IMG/VR virus record: IMGVR_UViG_3300010356_002077
From: an uncultured virus (IMG/VR IMGVR_UViG_3300010356_002077)
Lineage: Duplodnaviria; Heunggongvirae; Uroviricota; Caudoviricetes
DNA: 64,000 nucleotides
Direction: 5' to 3' (one strand)
Both the position numbers and the translations under genes were made by a program. The notes beneath the pieces were generated by a model. The model was not told where the DNA came from. It made no database searches and worked only from the letters and a program-made list of their open reading frames with translations. How positions within the stretch are numbered: the stretch's first letter is position 1; each line of letters starts with the position of its first letter. Positions 46,735 to 56,604 of this stretch are shown one piece after another.

Positions 46735-47076
46735 ATGAACGCAGCCATCATCACCTTCCTCAAGGAGCATCTGAAGTCCGGCGTGTGGCTGGGATGTGAG
46801 GGAACGCCTACCTACAAGGACTCCTTTCTTGAATCATTCGCGGACCTGGGCGGCTCGCTTCACTACCTCTTCCTCGCGGTTGATTCGAACATCGCCGAGG
46901 AGAATTCCATAGATTATGACGCGGTGATCAAGGATTATGAATGGCTTGACGATGTTGCCGTGGATCTCCCCTCCTGCAAATGCGAAATGCCGGACGAATG
47001 CGAACATCAGTTCGAGCCCTTCGACACCGGCCGCAGGTGGTGCATCAAATGCGGCAGGATAGAAAATTACGGATGA
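46735..47076 (+). CDS. Hypothetical protein
   Basis: Abuts both neighbours; C-terminal CEH..CIKC. Confidence 0.5.
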   Translation: MNAAIITFLKEHLKSGVWLGCEGTPTYKDSFLESFADLGGSLHYLFLAVDSNIAEENSIDYDAVIKDYEWLDDVAVDLPSCKCEMPDECEHQFEPFDTGRRWCIKCGRIENYG

Positions 47077-47504
47077 AGACCTACAAGAACCGGCGGGCAA
47101 AGGAGATCGCGCTGATCCACATCGCCAAGGCGGAGTTGGGGATGGACGAGAAGGATTACCGCTCGTTCATCAAGTATCACGGCGGCGAAGCCAGCGCGAA
47201 GGATCTCTCCTCCCAGGGCCGGTTCAAGGTCCTCAAGGCGTTCATCGCGGCCGGGGCGGACATCAACATCCCGGCGCCTTTCAGCTCGGGAATGCCAACT
47301 CCCGAGGCGGACAAGGCCCCGCTCATCAGGAAGATAGACGCGATCCTTTACGACATCAATGCCGACAGAAACTATGTGCGAGCAATGGCAAAGCGGATGT
47401 TCCAGGAAAAGGCCGTGGATGTCCTGGAATGGACGCCGGTCGAACAGCTCCGGAAGCTGGCGTCCGCGCTCTCATACCACCAGAGGCGGGTCCATGGAGA
47501 CTGA
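47073..47504 (+). CDS. Mu gp16/GemA-like regulator
   Basis: IALIHIAKAELGMDE..YR..SAKDL and QLRKL..AL motifs. Confidence 0.85.
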   Translation: MKTYKNRRAKEIALIHIAKAELGMDEKDYRSFIKYHGGEASAKDLSSQGRFKVLKAFIAAGADINIPAPFSSGMPTPEADKAPLIRKIDAILYDINADRNYVRAMAKRMFQEKAVDVLEWTPVEQLRKLASALSYHQRRVHGD

Positions 47505-47506
47505 CA

Positions 47507-47860
47507 ATGGCTGAGCCTGTTCTCGAACGCCTGATCATCGCCGTCGGAATAGACTCGGCCTTTCTGCTCGTCAGGAAGCGCGGCGGCGAGCGGATCTACA
47601 TCCCGTCGAGGGAAATATCCGGCGGCCACTGGCTCGCGGAACTGCTGGGCCCCGAGGCGGCGGCGCGGCTGGTGGAGGCATACGGCGGCGAGTCGGTGGA
47701 CATCCCCCGGCTGAACCCGCACGACCTCCGCGCCCGTGACATGGAGATCTGCCGCAGGGCTGCGGGGGGCGAAAAAGCCCGTGCGCTGGCGCGGGAGTAC
47801 GGCGTATCCACCCGCTGGGTCCGCAGGATAGTCAAATTGGGGGGAAGTAGTTCCCCTTGA
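47507..47860 (+). CDS. Mor/C-family transcription activator
   Basis: GGERIYIP, YGGESVDIP and LAREYGVSTRWVRRI. Confidence 0.85.
   Translation: MAEPVLERLIIAVGIDSAFLLVRKRGGERIYIPSREISGGHWLAELLGPEAAARLVEAYGGESVDIPRLNPHDLRARDMEICRRAAGGEKARALAREYGVSTRWVRRIVKLGGSSSP
47834..47860 (+). promoter_or_regulatory. Putative late-promoter activator box (lysis operon)
   Basis: AAATTGGGGGGAAGTAGTTCCCCTTGA, identical at 55400-55426. Confidence 0.7.
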
Positions 47861-47903
47861 TTGGTTTTCCCCTCCCACTCAAACTGGTGCTGAAGGAGAA
47901 GGT

Positions 47904-48413
47904 ATGGCATCGTTCAAACAGGCTGTATATGTGGTCCTTCAGCACGAGGGGCTTCTCTCCGAGGACCCCGCCGACCACGGCGGGACAACCAACTACGGCA
48001 TCAGCCTCGGCTTCCTGAAGGCCGAGGGGATCGACATTGACGGCGACGGCGACTCGGACGCGATCGATGTCCGGGAGTTGTCGAAAGAAAAGGCCATGGA
48101 TATCTACGAGGAGTATTTCTGGGACCGCCACCAGTACGGCAGGATCTTTGACCAGCAGGTTGCCACCAAGGTATTCGACCTGGCGGTCAACATGGGTGCG
48201 AAACGCCTCCACAAGCTTCTCCAGCGGGCTCTCTGCTCGATCGGACTGCCGGTGGCGGTGGACGGCATCTTCGGGCAGGAAACGCTCAACGCGGTGAACT
48301 GCGCGGATCCGGACCAGCTCCACGCCGCCCTCCGGAAAGAGGCCGACAGGTTCTACCGCTCCCTCAACCAGCCGAGGTTCCTGGAGGGCTGGCTCAGGAG
48401 GCTTTACTCGTGA
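47904..48413 (+). CDS. Endolysin, GH108 family with PG-binding domain
   Basis: HEG..DPADHGGTTNYGIS, FDLAVNMG, VDGIFG, FLEGWLRR. Confidence 0.9.
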   Translation: MASFKQAVYVVLQHEGLLSEDPADHGGTTNYGISLGFLKAEGIDIDGDGDSDAIDVRELSKEKAMDIYEEYFWDRHQYGRIFDQQVATKVFDLAVNMGAKRLHKLLQRALCSIGLPVAVDGIFGQETLNAVNCADPDQLHAALRKEADRFYRSLNQPRFLEGWLRRLYS

Positions 48414-48655
48414 AGAAGAAAACCTACTGGAGAGAATCGACAACTTTCAGGTATGGCGCGTGGACTATCGGCATCTGCCTCACCGTGGTTATCCTGGGCA
48501 ACATCCTCAACGCCGTTTTCGGCATCGAGATAGTCCCCTCCGCGATAGTATCCCAGGCAACGACCGGAGTCGGGATCGGGCTCATACTAATAATCGTCCG
48601 TGCCCGGAGCCTGGCGTTCAAAAAAAACAAAATATCGAAAGGAGACGATAAATGA
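48410..48655 (+). CDS. Putative holin
   Basis: Two TM helices and a basic C-terminus. Confidence 0.6.
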   Translation: MKKKTYWRESTTFRYGAWTIGICLTVVILGNILNAVFGIEIVPSAIVSQATTGVGIGLILIIVRARSLAFKKNKISKGDDK

Positions 48656-49197
48656 AAAAGTTCGTGATGACCTGTTTTTTTGCGTTCCTGTTATGGTTCA
48701 GCCTCGCGGCCTTCGCGGATGAACCCTTTTCGCTGGAGGTCGGGACCGGGCACATCTGGACCGGCTCCGGGAACTACATGGCCACACTCGACAAGGCCGA
48801 ATGGCAGTATTCCCTCGCCGCCGGAATGGAGTTGACGGAGCGCCACAACCTGACGCTCGGCGTCGCCCACGACGGGGTCAAGGTGACCACCTGGATGCAG
48901 AGGCACAACTTCATGGATTCGGTGCCCGAGATGCATCACTATACGGCGGTCGATCTGCTTTACGGCTATACGCTGAACCCGAACGACAAGGCGAAGGTCA
49001 CCCTCGAATTGGGGCCCACCTGGTATCGGGCAGGAGATTTGGACAAAGCCGGCATTACCGCCGGCGCCGTCCTGAAGTATCCGCTGGCAACCCGTCTTTA
49101 CGCCTCTGTGGCGCTTCGATTCAGGCACGTCCAGGATTTCATCGTGCCGGTGGCGAATGTCGTCGAGACTAGGTTCGCTCTGGGGTTCAGGTTCTGA
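48652..49197 (+). CDS. Outer-membrane beta-barrel protein, homologue of 3316..3843
   Basis: Signal peptide; HVQDFIVPVANVVETRFALGFRF C-terminus. Confidence 0.75.
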   Translation: MKKFVMTCFFAFLLWFSLAAFADEPFSLEVGTGHIWTGSGNYMATLDKAEWQYSLAAGMELTERHNLTLGVAHDGVKVTTWMQRHNFMDSVPEMHHYTAVDLLYGYTLNPNDKAKVTLELGPTWYRAGDLDKAGITAGAVLKYPLATRLYASVALRFRHVQDFIVPVANVVETRFALGFRF

Positions 49198-49220
49198 GGC
49201 AACGCGCAGAACATTATGCA

Positions 49221-49248
49221 AGGCTGGGGCGAAAGCCCCGGCCTTTTT
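49221..49248 (+). terminator. Rho-independent terminator
   Basis: AGGCTGGGGC-GAAA-GCCCCGGCCT followed by TTTT. Confidence 0.75.
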
Positions 49249-49260
49249 GAAAGAGATTGA

Positions 49261-49842
49261 ATGGAAAGAATAACGAGTTGGAAAGAGATAGAGTTAGGGG
49301 ACCTGGGGTTTTACGCGGGTGACGGATTCCTTTCGGAATCCATCGAACACCTCACCCACAGGGACGACCTCGATGGCCTCCCGACGCCCTCGCACAGCCT
49401 GATCATTCTTAGCAAGTCTCAAGTATTCGAATCTGTGAAGTATACCCGCATCCGCCCGCTGATGCTTTACGAGGACGATTTCAAGGCCGGCCGGATGATC
49501 GTTTTCAGGCCGCCCCTGTCGAAGGATCTCCGGGCCGAAGCCCTGTCAGAGATGACGATCAAATACAACAACGCGATCTATGGCTGGGGCCAGATACTGG
49601 CGTTCATACCCGTCCTGTGGTGGCGCAGGCTTACCGGGAATCAGGGCATCAACGTCCTCCCGGCCGGGACGGTATGCTCCGAGCTGTCATTGATCCTTTG
49701 CAGGAAATACTACGACAAGGCGGATTCTACGGCCGCCAGACTGCTTAGATGGGCCTATCAGCTCAACAAAAACACGACCGATCCGGCCCTGCTGATGTCG
49801 TGTTGCATCCACGACCGCCTGCCGGTCGATCTGGCCGGATAA
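49261..49842 (+). CDS. Permuted papain-like (NlpC/P60) enzyme
   Basis: GDLGF, SH, FES, YGW and VCSEL motifs. Confidence 0.6.
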   Translation: MERITSWKEIELGDLGFYAGDGFLSESIEHLTHRDDLDGLPTPSHSLIILSKSQVFESVKYTRIRPLMLYEDDFKAGRMIVFRPPLSKDLRAEALSEMTIKYNNAIYGWGQILAFIPVLWWRRLTGNQGINVLPAGTVCSELSLILCRKYYDKADSTAARLLRWAYQLNKNTTDPALLMSCCIHDRLPVDLAG

Positions 49843-49851
49843 GGAGATTAT

Positions 49852-50229
49852 ATGGGACAGCAGATATCGTTAAGCGTGGATTGGGGAGCGGTCGGAGTCA
49901 TCGGCGTCATGCTTGTCGCCTGGACCGGGGCGGTCATATTCATCCTGCGCTGGTTTCTTCTCAGGGAGATCCAGCGGCAGGACGAGAAGTTCGAATCTTA
50001 CGAACAGGACAAAGCACGGAACACCGCCGATCACCATACGCTTGAAATCAAATTCATGGACCGCTACAACCAGCACAGCCTGGAAGCGGCCCGGCAGAGG
50101 ATGGAGGACAAGGTCCAGACGACCCTACTCCTCGAAAAGAAGTTCAGCGAGGTTTATACCGAACTCGGCAAGGTCAGGACGGAAATAATGAACAGGCTCA
50201 ACGAACTCATAGACAAGGGAAAAGCATGA
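49852..50229 (+). CDS. Mu gp25-like membrane/coiled-coil protein
   Basis: N-terminal TM plus coiled coil; gene order. Confidence 0.5.
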   Translation: MGQQISLSVDWGAVGVIGVMLVAWTGAVIFILRWFLLREIQRQDEKFESYEQDKARNTADHHTLEIKFMDRYNQHSLEAARQRMEDKVQTTLLLEKKFSEVYTELGKVRTEIMNRLNELIDKGKA

Positions 50230-50534
50230 ACGACCTCGAGAAGATCCAGAGAGAACAGGCGCGGTGGTTTATCCTCGTCGCCCTCAATGACGCAAGCCCG
50301 ATGGAGTTGTCGGACAAGCTTCTCGCCAGCTATATCGGATCGCTGGGCATAACGCTGGGCGAGCACGAGATCCGCAAGGAGCTGGACTACCTGGAAAGCC
50401 GCAAGCTGGTCAAGCTCAGGCGCGGTGACGAACTGCCCTGCTGGTTCGCCGATATCGCCCGATACGGGGTCGATGTGGTCCAATACACGGTCCCCTGCGA
50501 GCCCGGCATCGCCCGGCCGCCGAGGTTCTCGTGA
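50226..50534 (+). CDS. Mu gp26-like winged-helix protein
   Basis: RWFIL..ELDYLE..GVDVV..PGIARP. Confidence 0.75.
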   Translation: MNDLEKIQREQARWFILVALNDASPMELSDKLLASYIGSLGITLGEHEIRKELDYLESRKLVKLRRGDELPCWFADIARYGVDVVQYTVPCEPGIARPPRFS

Positions 50535-51076
50535 GCCCCGAGCGGTCGAAAGTCTGCTCGCTCCCGGAAGGGATAAAAGCGGAGCTTGAAAAAAAACTTG
50601 TCGGAAACGGCTTCAGGGATTACGTCCAGCTTGAAGAATGGCTCAACCTCCAAGGATTCGAGATCTCAAAAAGCGCGATCCACCGTTACGGCCAGAACCT
50701 CGAACGCCAACTTTCCGCCATCAAGGCAAGCACCGAAGCGGCAAGGCTGATATCGGAAGCCGCCCCGGACGAAAAGGGCGACCTGAACGCCGCGGCCATA
50801 TCTCTTATCCAGTCGGGGATGTTTGAAGCGCTCCTGGCCTATGCAGAGGCGGAAGGCGCCCTACCTGAAGACAGGGTAAAGCTGCTGTCCCGCAGCGCCA
50901 AGGCCATCGCCGAAATCACACATGCCTCCGTCAGCCAGAAGAAGTGGGCGGAAGAGATAAGCGTCAAGATCATGAAAACGGCGAATGAGGTGAAGACCCT
51001 GCTCACAAAAGAGTCAACCTCTGAGGAAGTTATAAAACGCACTTGCGATAAAATCCTGGGAATAGCAAATGGCTGA
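50531..51076 (+). CDS. Mu gp27-like terminase small subunit (DUF3486)
   Basis: SKV..LP, GFEISKSAIHRYG. Confidence 0.85.
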   Translation: MSPERSKVCSLPEGIKAELEKKLVGNGFRDYVQLEEWLNLQGFEISKSAIHRYGQNLERQLSAIKASTEAARLISEAAPDEKGDLNAAAISLIQSGMFEALLAYAEAEGALPEDRVKLLSRSAKAIAEITHASVSQKKWAEEISVKIMKTANEVKTLLTKESTSEEVIKRTCDKILGIANG

Positions 51077-52619
51077 TGCCCTGATCGATCTTAAAACAGC
51101 GGGCAGCAGTGGAGGCGTTCTCCTGCCTTATCAAAGGCGCTGGGTTGAAGACCGAAGCCCTGTAAAGGTTATAGAGAAATCCCGCCGAGTCGGGTTGTCC
51201 TGGGCTGAAGCCGCCGACGCTGTCCGCTATGCCGCGCTTAAAGGCAACGGCACAACCAGGAATGTCTGGTACATCGGCTACACGAAAGACATGGCGTTTG
51301 AGTTCATCAATGACTGCGCTAATTGGGCAAAGAATTTCAATGAAGCGATATCCGCGATAGAAGAATATGACGAGCCTGACTCAGCAGAAGGCGGGTCTCT
51401 TCTGGAAGGCAAGAAAATTCAAGCTTTCAGGATCACCTTTAAATCAGGCTGGAGGATAACCGCCCTTTCGTCCCGGCCCTCGAATCTGAGAGGCAAGCAG
51501 GGCAGAATTATCATTGACGAGGCGGCGTTTCATCCCGATTTAAAGGGCCTTTTAAAAGCCGCTATGGCTTTCCTTATGTGGGGCGGGGAAGTGCGGATAA
51601 TCTCTACCCACAACGGTGTCGACAATGAATTCAACAACCTGATTAAAGATATTCGCGCCGGCAAAAAACCTTATGGCTTACATAAGGTAACGCTGGACGA
51701 CGCACTAACAGACGGCCTCTACCGCCGGATATGTCTCGTTTTAAAACGCGAATGGACGCAAGCCGGCCAGGACAAGTGGCGGGAAGAACTGCGTGATTTC
51801 TACGGCGACGACGCCGAGGAAGAGCTGGACTGCGTGCCGAAGAACAGCGGGGGCGCATGGCTGTCCCGAGTGCTTATCGAAGCGAGGATGGCGGACCGCC
51901 CGGTGATCCGCTGGGAGCCGCCGGCCAACTTCGAAGTGTGGGAGGAACAGCGCCGGATCGAGGAATGCGAAAACTGGATGTCCGCGAACCTGCGGCCCCT
52001 GCTCGCGAAGCTCGACCCTGCTCACGGAAGCGGCCTGGGCTGGGATTTCGGCAGGACGGGCGACCTCAGCGTAGGGGCCCCGTTCCAGTATGCCGACAAC
52101 CTGGCAAGGAAGTTCCCCTTCATCTTGGAGCTTCGGAATGTCCCCTTCCAGCAGCAGCAGCAAGTCGCGTTTGCCCTGATGGATGGACTGCCGAACTTCC
52201 AGAAGGGCGCGTTCGACGCCCGCGGCAACGGCCAGTACCTGGCCGAAGTGGCCATGCAGAGATACGGCACGGACAGGATAGAGCGGGTGATGCTTTCCGA
52301 GAAGTGGTACGCCGAGAACACCGCCCCTTTTAAGGCCGCGTTCGAGGACGGCACCATCGAGATCCCGAAGGACGAAAACATCCTCAACGACCTTCGGGGT
52401 TTCCAGGTTATCAAAGGCATCCCCAGAATGCCGGATTCAAGAATAAAAGACATCAACAGCACGAAGACGCGCCACGGCGACGCGGGTATCGCCCTGCTCC
52501 TGGCTTACTTCGCCTCTCAGCAGGAGTTCTCGCCGATAGAGTTTCAAAGCGCCGGGGAGCGGGAATCATTCGGGGCTTTCAGCGGCTACGCCGGCGACCT
52601 CGATACACGCGGCTGGTAA
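51069..52619 (+). CDS. Mu gp28-like terminase large subunit
   Basis: LLPYQ, EKSRRVGLSW, IIDEAAFH, DFGRTGD, HGDA. Confidence 0.92.
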   Translation: MADALIDLKTAGSSGGVLLPYQRRWVEDRSPVKVIEKSRRVGLSWAEAADAVRYAALKGNGTTRNVWYIGYTKDMAFEFINDCANWAKNFNEAISAIEEYDEPDSAEGGSLLEGKKIQAFRITFKSGWRITALSSRPSNLRGKQGRIIIDEAAFHPDLKGLLKAAMAFLMWGGEVRIISTHNGVDNEFNNLIKDIRAGKKPYGLHKVTLDDALTDGLYRRICLVLKREWTQAGQDKWREELRDFYGDDAEEELDCVPKNSGGAWLSRVLIEARMADRPVIRWEPPANFEVWEEQRRIEECENWMSANLRPLLAKLDPAHGSGLGWDFGRTGDLSVGAPFQYADNLARKFPFILELRNVPFQQQQQVAFALMDGLPNFQKGAFDARGNGQYLAEVAMQRYGTDRIERVMLSEKWYAENTAPFKAAFEDGTIEIPKDENILNDLRGFQVIKGIPRMPDSRIKDINSTKTRHGDAGIALLLAYFASQQEFSPIEFQSAGERESFGAFSGYAGDLDTRGW

Positions 52620-52628
52620 GGAGAGACG

Positions 52629-54119
52629 ATGGCAGAGAAAACCAAAAAGATAAAGGCTCCCGAGCTTAACGAAATCGCCACATCCGCCGACGGCAACGAC
52701 ATAACCAAGGGCTTCGTGAACGCGCTTGACATCGCCGGGACCACGGACGAGCTTCTCCGGGCGAAGGGCGACGACCTTTCCGTCTATCAGGAACTACTGA
52801 ACGACGACCAGGTCAAGTCATGCCTCGACCAGAGGAAACAGGCGTGCATACAGGCCGAGTGGTATGTAGAACCGGGCGGGGACAATCCCATAGACCGCGA
52901 GGCCGCCGACTCTCTGAACAGGATCCTCGACAATTGCAAGTTCGACCGGGTCAGCAACAAGATGCTCTCCGGCCTCCTCTACGGCTTCTCAGTTGCAGAG
53001 GTCATGTGGGGCTATGACGGCGGACAGGTGGTCATCTCCGAGATCAAGGTCCGCAACCGCCGCCGGTTCAAGTTCACCAACAGCGGCGAGCTGAGGCTGA
53101 TAACCACGAAGGCCCCCAAAGGCATCGAACTGCCCGACAAAAAGTTCTGGGCCGTGACATTCGGGGCGGACGACGACGACGAGATCTACGGCAGAGGCCT
53201 CGGCTACTGGGTCTACTGGCCTGTCAAGTTCAAGCGCTCCGGGATCCGGTATTGGATGATCTTCCTGGACAAATACGGCATGGGCACGGCCGTCGGGAAG
53301 TATCCTCCGGGGACGAACAAGGACGGGCAGAGCAAACTTCTGGACGCGGCCGGCGCGCTCCAGAAGGACTCGGCAGTGATCATTCCCAACACGATGATGA
53401 TCGAGCTCCTCGAAGCGACGCGCTCCTCCGGAGGAGACTACAACCTCATGTGCGCCCGAATGGACAAGGCGATCGCCAAGGTGATCATCGGCCAGACCGC
53501 TTCGACCGAAGGGACTCCCGGCAAACTCGGGAACGAGGACGCGCAGAACGATGTCCGACAGGAGTACGTGAAGGCCGACGCGGACCTGCTTTGCGAGTCG
53601 TTCAACGAAGGCCCCGCCCGCTGGCTCACCGACTGGAACTTTCCCGGCGCGGCGTATCCCAAGGTGTGGCGCAAAGTGGATCCGGATGACGACCTCGGCA
53701 AGGAGATCGATCGCGACCAGAAGCTTGCCGGGATCATTCCCGTCCCTGTCAGCTACTTCCAGGAGAAATACTCGATCCCCGCCGCCAAGAAGGGGGAACC
53801 CGTCGCCGGGAAACCCGCCGCGCCCAAGGCGCCCCCGGAACCCGGGGAGGAAGTGGCCTTCGCGGAGGGCGATCTGGCCGACGGCACGGAGGCCCTTGCC
53901 GACAAGGCCCGTGAGGAAGCCGGCAAACTGATAGACGGCTGGCTGGATGAAGTTGGCGCCATCGTCGAGAAGGCCGAATCCCTCGAGGACCTTCAGGCGA
54001 TGATCGACAAGAAATTCGGAAAGCTCGACAAGAAGCAGTTCGCAAAGGTAATGGAGAAGGCCATGCTGGCCGCCCAGCTCATGGGCAGAAGCGATGTGAT
54101 GGATGAGGTGAACGGGTGA
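52629..54119 (+). CDS. Mu gp29-like portal (DUF935)
   Basis: FLDKYGM..GKYP, IAKVIIGQT. Confidence 0.9.
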   Translation: MAEKTKKIKAPELNEIATSADGNDITKGFVNALDIAGTTDELLRAKGDDLSVYQELLNDDQVKSCLDQRKQACIQAEWYVEPGGDNPIDREAADSLNRILDNCKFDRVSNKMLSGLLYGFSVAEVMWGYDGGQVVISEIKVRNRRRFKFTNSGELRLITTKAPKGIELPDKKFWAVTFGADDDDEIYGRGLGYWVYWPVKFKRSGIRYWMIFLDKYGMGTAVGKYPPGTNKDGQSKLLDAAGALQKDSAVIIPNTMMIELLEATRSSGGDYNLMCARMDKAIAKVIIGQTASTEGTPGKLGNEDAQNDVRQEYVKADADLLCESFNEGPARWLTDWNFPGAAYPKVWRKVDPDDDLGKEIDRDQKLAGIIPVPVSYFQEKYSIPAAKKGEPVAGKPAAPKAPPEPGEEVAFAEGDLADGTEALADKAREEAGKLIDGWLDEVGAIVEKAESLEDLQAMIDKKFGKLDKKQFAKVMEKAMLAAQLMGRSDVMDEVNG

Positions 54120-54787
54120 GCGTATATTACAACCGCCTCACCTTCTCCCAGATGATCGCCTACTTCCTGGCGAAGGTGAACATCCCCACCGAAACATGGC
54201 TGGACATGTGGACATACGAGCATATTCATGCCTTCACGGTAGCCGGGGCAACACAGGCGGCGCTTCTTGCAGATCTCCGGAAGGCGGTTGAAAAAGCGAT
54301 CACACAGGGCACCACCCTGCAAGAATTCCGGAAGGACTTCAAAAACATTATCGCCAAGACCGGCTGGCAGTACAACGGGGATTTCGACTGGCGGACGCGG
54401 GTTATCTACGGCACCAACGTCAGGACGGCCTATGCCGCAGGGCGCTGGCGCCAGCTGATGGAGATGGACAGCATCGTTTACCTGAAATACAACCACAGCC
54501 ACGCCGTAAAGGTCCCCCGGGAGAAGCATTTGATGTGGGACGGGCTGGTCCTCCGGAAGGATGACCCGTGGTGGATTATCCATGCCCCGCCGAACGGCTG
54601 GGGCTGTCAGTGTTACCTCACCGGCGTCAGCGAAGCCGGATTGAAGCGCCTCGGCAAGGACGGCCCGGATACGCCGCCTCAGGATGGCACGTACCAGTGG
54701 TTGAACAAGAGCACCGGGGAAGTGGTTGATGTCCCGGTCGGGATCGATCCCGGCTGGGACTACAACCCGGGAGAGCAGGCGGCATGA
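54116..54787 (+). CDS. Mu gpF head morphogenesis protein
   Basis: AFTVAGA, TNVRTAYAAGRW, PPNGWGCQC, GIDPGWDYNPG. Confidence 0.9.
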   Translation: MSVYYNRLTFSQMIAYFLAKVNIPTETWLDMWTYEHIHAFTVAGATQAALLADLRKAVEKAITQGTTLQEFRKDFKNIIAKTGWQYNGDFDWRTRVIYGTNVRTAYAAGRWRQLMEMDSIVYLKYNHSHAVKVPREKHLMWDGLVLRKDDPWWIIHAPPNGWGCQCYLTGVSEAGLKRLGKDGPDTPPQDGTYQWLNKSTGEVVDVPVGIDPGWDYNPGEQAA

Positions 54788-55233
54788 GCGGCTCCGGCAT
54801 AACCCTCAAGGTGGACAATCCGGGTGTCATCGAGGTCCTTAATGAAATCCTTCGGCGCGGCCAGAACCTCAGGCCGGCCCTGGAGATGATCGCCGAGGAA
54901 GTTCTCCAGCCGTCCACGAGGGAACGATTCGACACCGAGGAGGCGCCGGACGGCACCAAGTGGATGCCGCTGAGCCCCGAATACCAGGCCCGCAAGAAAA
55001 AGAACGCCGACAAGATCCTCACTCTGGAAGCCTTCCTCCGTGAATCCTTTTTCCCGGAGATCTCCGATACCCAGCTTTTGTTCGGTACTGACAAGATACA
55101 GGCGGCGACACACCAGTTCGGCAGGCCGGTAGGCGATGGCGAGATCCCAGCACGCCCATTCCTGGGCATATCAGACGACGACGAACGCCACATCATAGAC
55201 ATCCTTCAGACTTTCCTCCTGGAGGGAAAATGA
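54784..55233 (+). CDS. Mu gpG-like virion morphogenesis protein
   Basis: PDGTKW, HQFG, IPARPFLG. Confidence 0.88.
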   Translation: MSGSGITLKVDNPGVIEVLNEILRRGQNLRPALEMIAEEVLQPSTRERFDTEEAPDGTKWMPLSPEYQARKKKNADKILTLEAFLRESFFPEISDTQLLFGTDKIQAATHQFGRPVGDGEIPARPFLGISDDDERHIIDILQTFLLEGK

Positions 55234-55399
55234 CGCGGCGCGTTAAAACGGCCGGGAAGGCCCTGCACCCCCATTTTGGCTACCACCCTACCAGCGGGGA
55301 GCGTTCCTTAGCGTTCGAACACCGTTCGACCGCCGTTAAAACGGTATTAAAAACAGGTCACCGACCGTTCTTTTCCATCCCCGTCAGAAGGGAAACAAA

Positions 55400-55426
55400 A
55401 AATTGGGGGGAAGTAGTTCCCCTTGA
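55400..55426 (+). promoter_or_regulatory. Putative late-promoter activator box (head operon)
   Basis: Identical to 47834-47860. Confidence 0.7.
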
Positions 55427-55471
55427 AAGAAATTCGAGCGCCATCAAAAATGGCAGTGTGAGGTGAGAGAA

Positions 55472-56566
55472 ATGAAAAAGATCCCCATATTGAGAGCAGG
55501 AACGTTTACACCACTTCAGAGGCCGGGTTCCCCCAAAAAAGTCACGATCACCGACGAGGACCTTATCGGGCTCGCCAAATCGTTCAACGCCCAGAATGGA
55601 GAAACTCCGCTTGTGCTGGGCCACCCCACGAACACGGACCTTACCGCCCCCGTCGGGAAACCCTTCGGGACGGTCAAAGCGCTAGAGTTCGCAGATGGCG
55701 TGCTGTCGGCGATTCCTAAAAATGTGGATCCCGATTTCTCCAGCCTGGTCAAGAAAGGCAAATTCCCCAGCAGATCGGCAGGGCTCAAAATATCAAAATC
55801 CGACGGGAAGATTTTGGGGCTTTCGCATATCGGGTTCCTTGGCAAGGTTCCGCCGGCCGTCGACAACCTGCCCGATGTGGTGTTTGCCGGCCTCCCGGAA
55901 GACACGATTTTCGTCGAGTTCGCGGAACCTACCTCCACTATCTCGCGCATGTTCAGCGCAATCCGGGAGTGGCTCATCGAACAAAAAAGTATCGACGAGG
56001 CGGACAAGGTCCTTTCCAAGTGGGACATCGAATACCTCGACAATTTCAAGCCGGAAGGATCAGTCCCTGAGGCTGCCGGCTTCGCAAAAGGAGATGACGA
56101 AATGGACAAGGAACTGCTGGCAGCAAAAACGAAAGAACTTGACGATCGCGAGGCGCAGCTGAAGGTTCGCGAGGAAGCCCAGGCGCAGAAAGACGAGACA
56201 GACAGAAAAGCGGCAATAGTCGCTTTTGCCGAAGGCCTCGTAAAGGACGGCAAAATACTTCCCCGCCAGAAGGATGGATTCATCGGTCTCCTGAACGGGA
56301 TCGGCGACACAGTTACGATCGTGTTCGCTTCAGGCAAAGACAATGCCCCGGTCGAAGCCACCGGGCTTGAGGCAGCCAAGAGACTCCTCAGCGAAATGCC
56401 GAAGGCGATCGAGTTCAAGGAGCTGGCCGGCGGGGAAGTGCCGAGGAAGGCCCCGACCGACGAGAAGGAGATCGCCAAGGCCGCCAGGCAAAAGATAGAC
56501 GCCGCCGCAAAGGAAGGCAAGACCCTCAGCGCCGCTCAGGCTGTCCAGGAAGTAACAGCAGAATAA
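55472..56566 (+). CDS. Mu gpI-like protease/scaffold
   Basis: PLVLGHP, HIGFLGKVPPAV, EGLVKDGKILP. Confidence 0.85.
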   Translation: MKKIPILRAGTFTPLQRPGSPKKVTITDEDLIGLAKSFNAQNGETPLVLGHPTNTDLTAPVGKPFGTVKALEFADGVLSAIPKNVDPDFSSLVKKGKFPSRSAGLKISKSDGKILGLSHIGFLGKVPPAVDNLPDVVFAGLPEDTIFVEFAEPTSTISRMFSAIREWLIEQKSIDEADKVLSKWDIEYLDNFKPEGSVPEAAGFAKGDDEMDKELLAAKTKELDDREAQLKVREEAQAQKDETDRKAAIVAFAEGLVKDGKILPRQKDGFIGLLNGIGDTVTIVFASGKDNAPVEATGLEAAKRLLSEMPKAIEFKELAGGEVPRKAPTDEKEIAKAARQKIDAAAKEGKTLSAAQAVQEVTAE

Positions 56567-56604
56567 CCGACCCTGCCCAAAGCAGGTCATGAAAGGAGGA
56601 ACAC

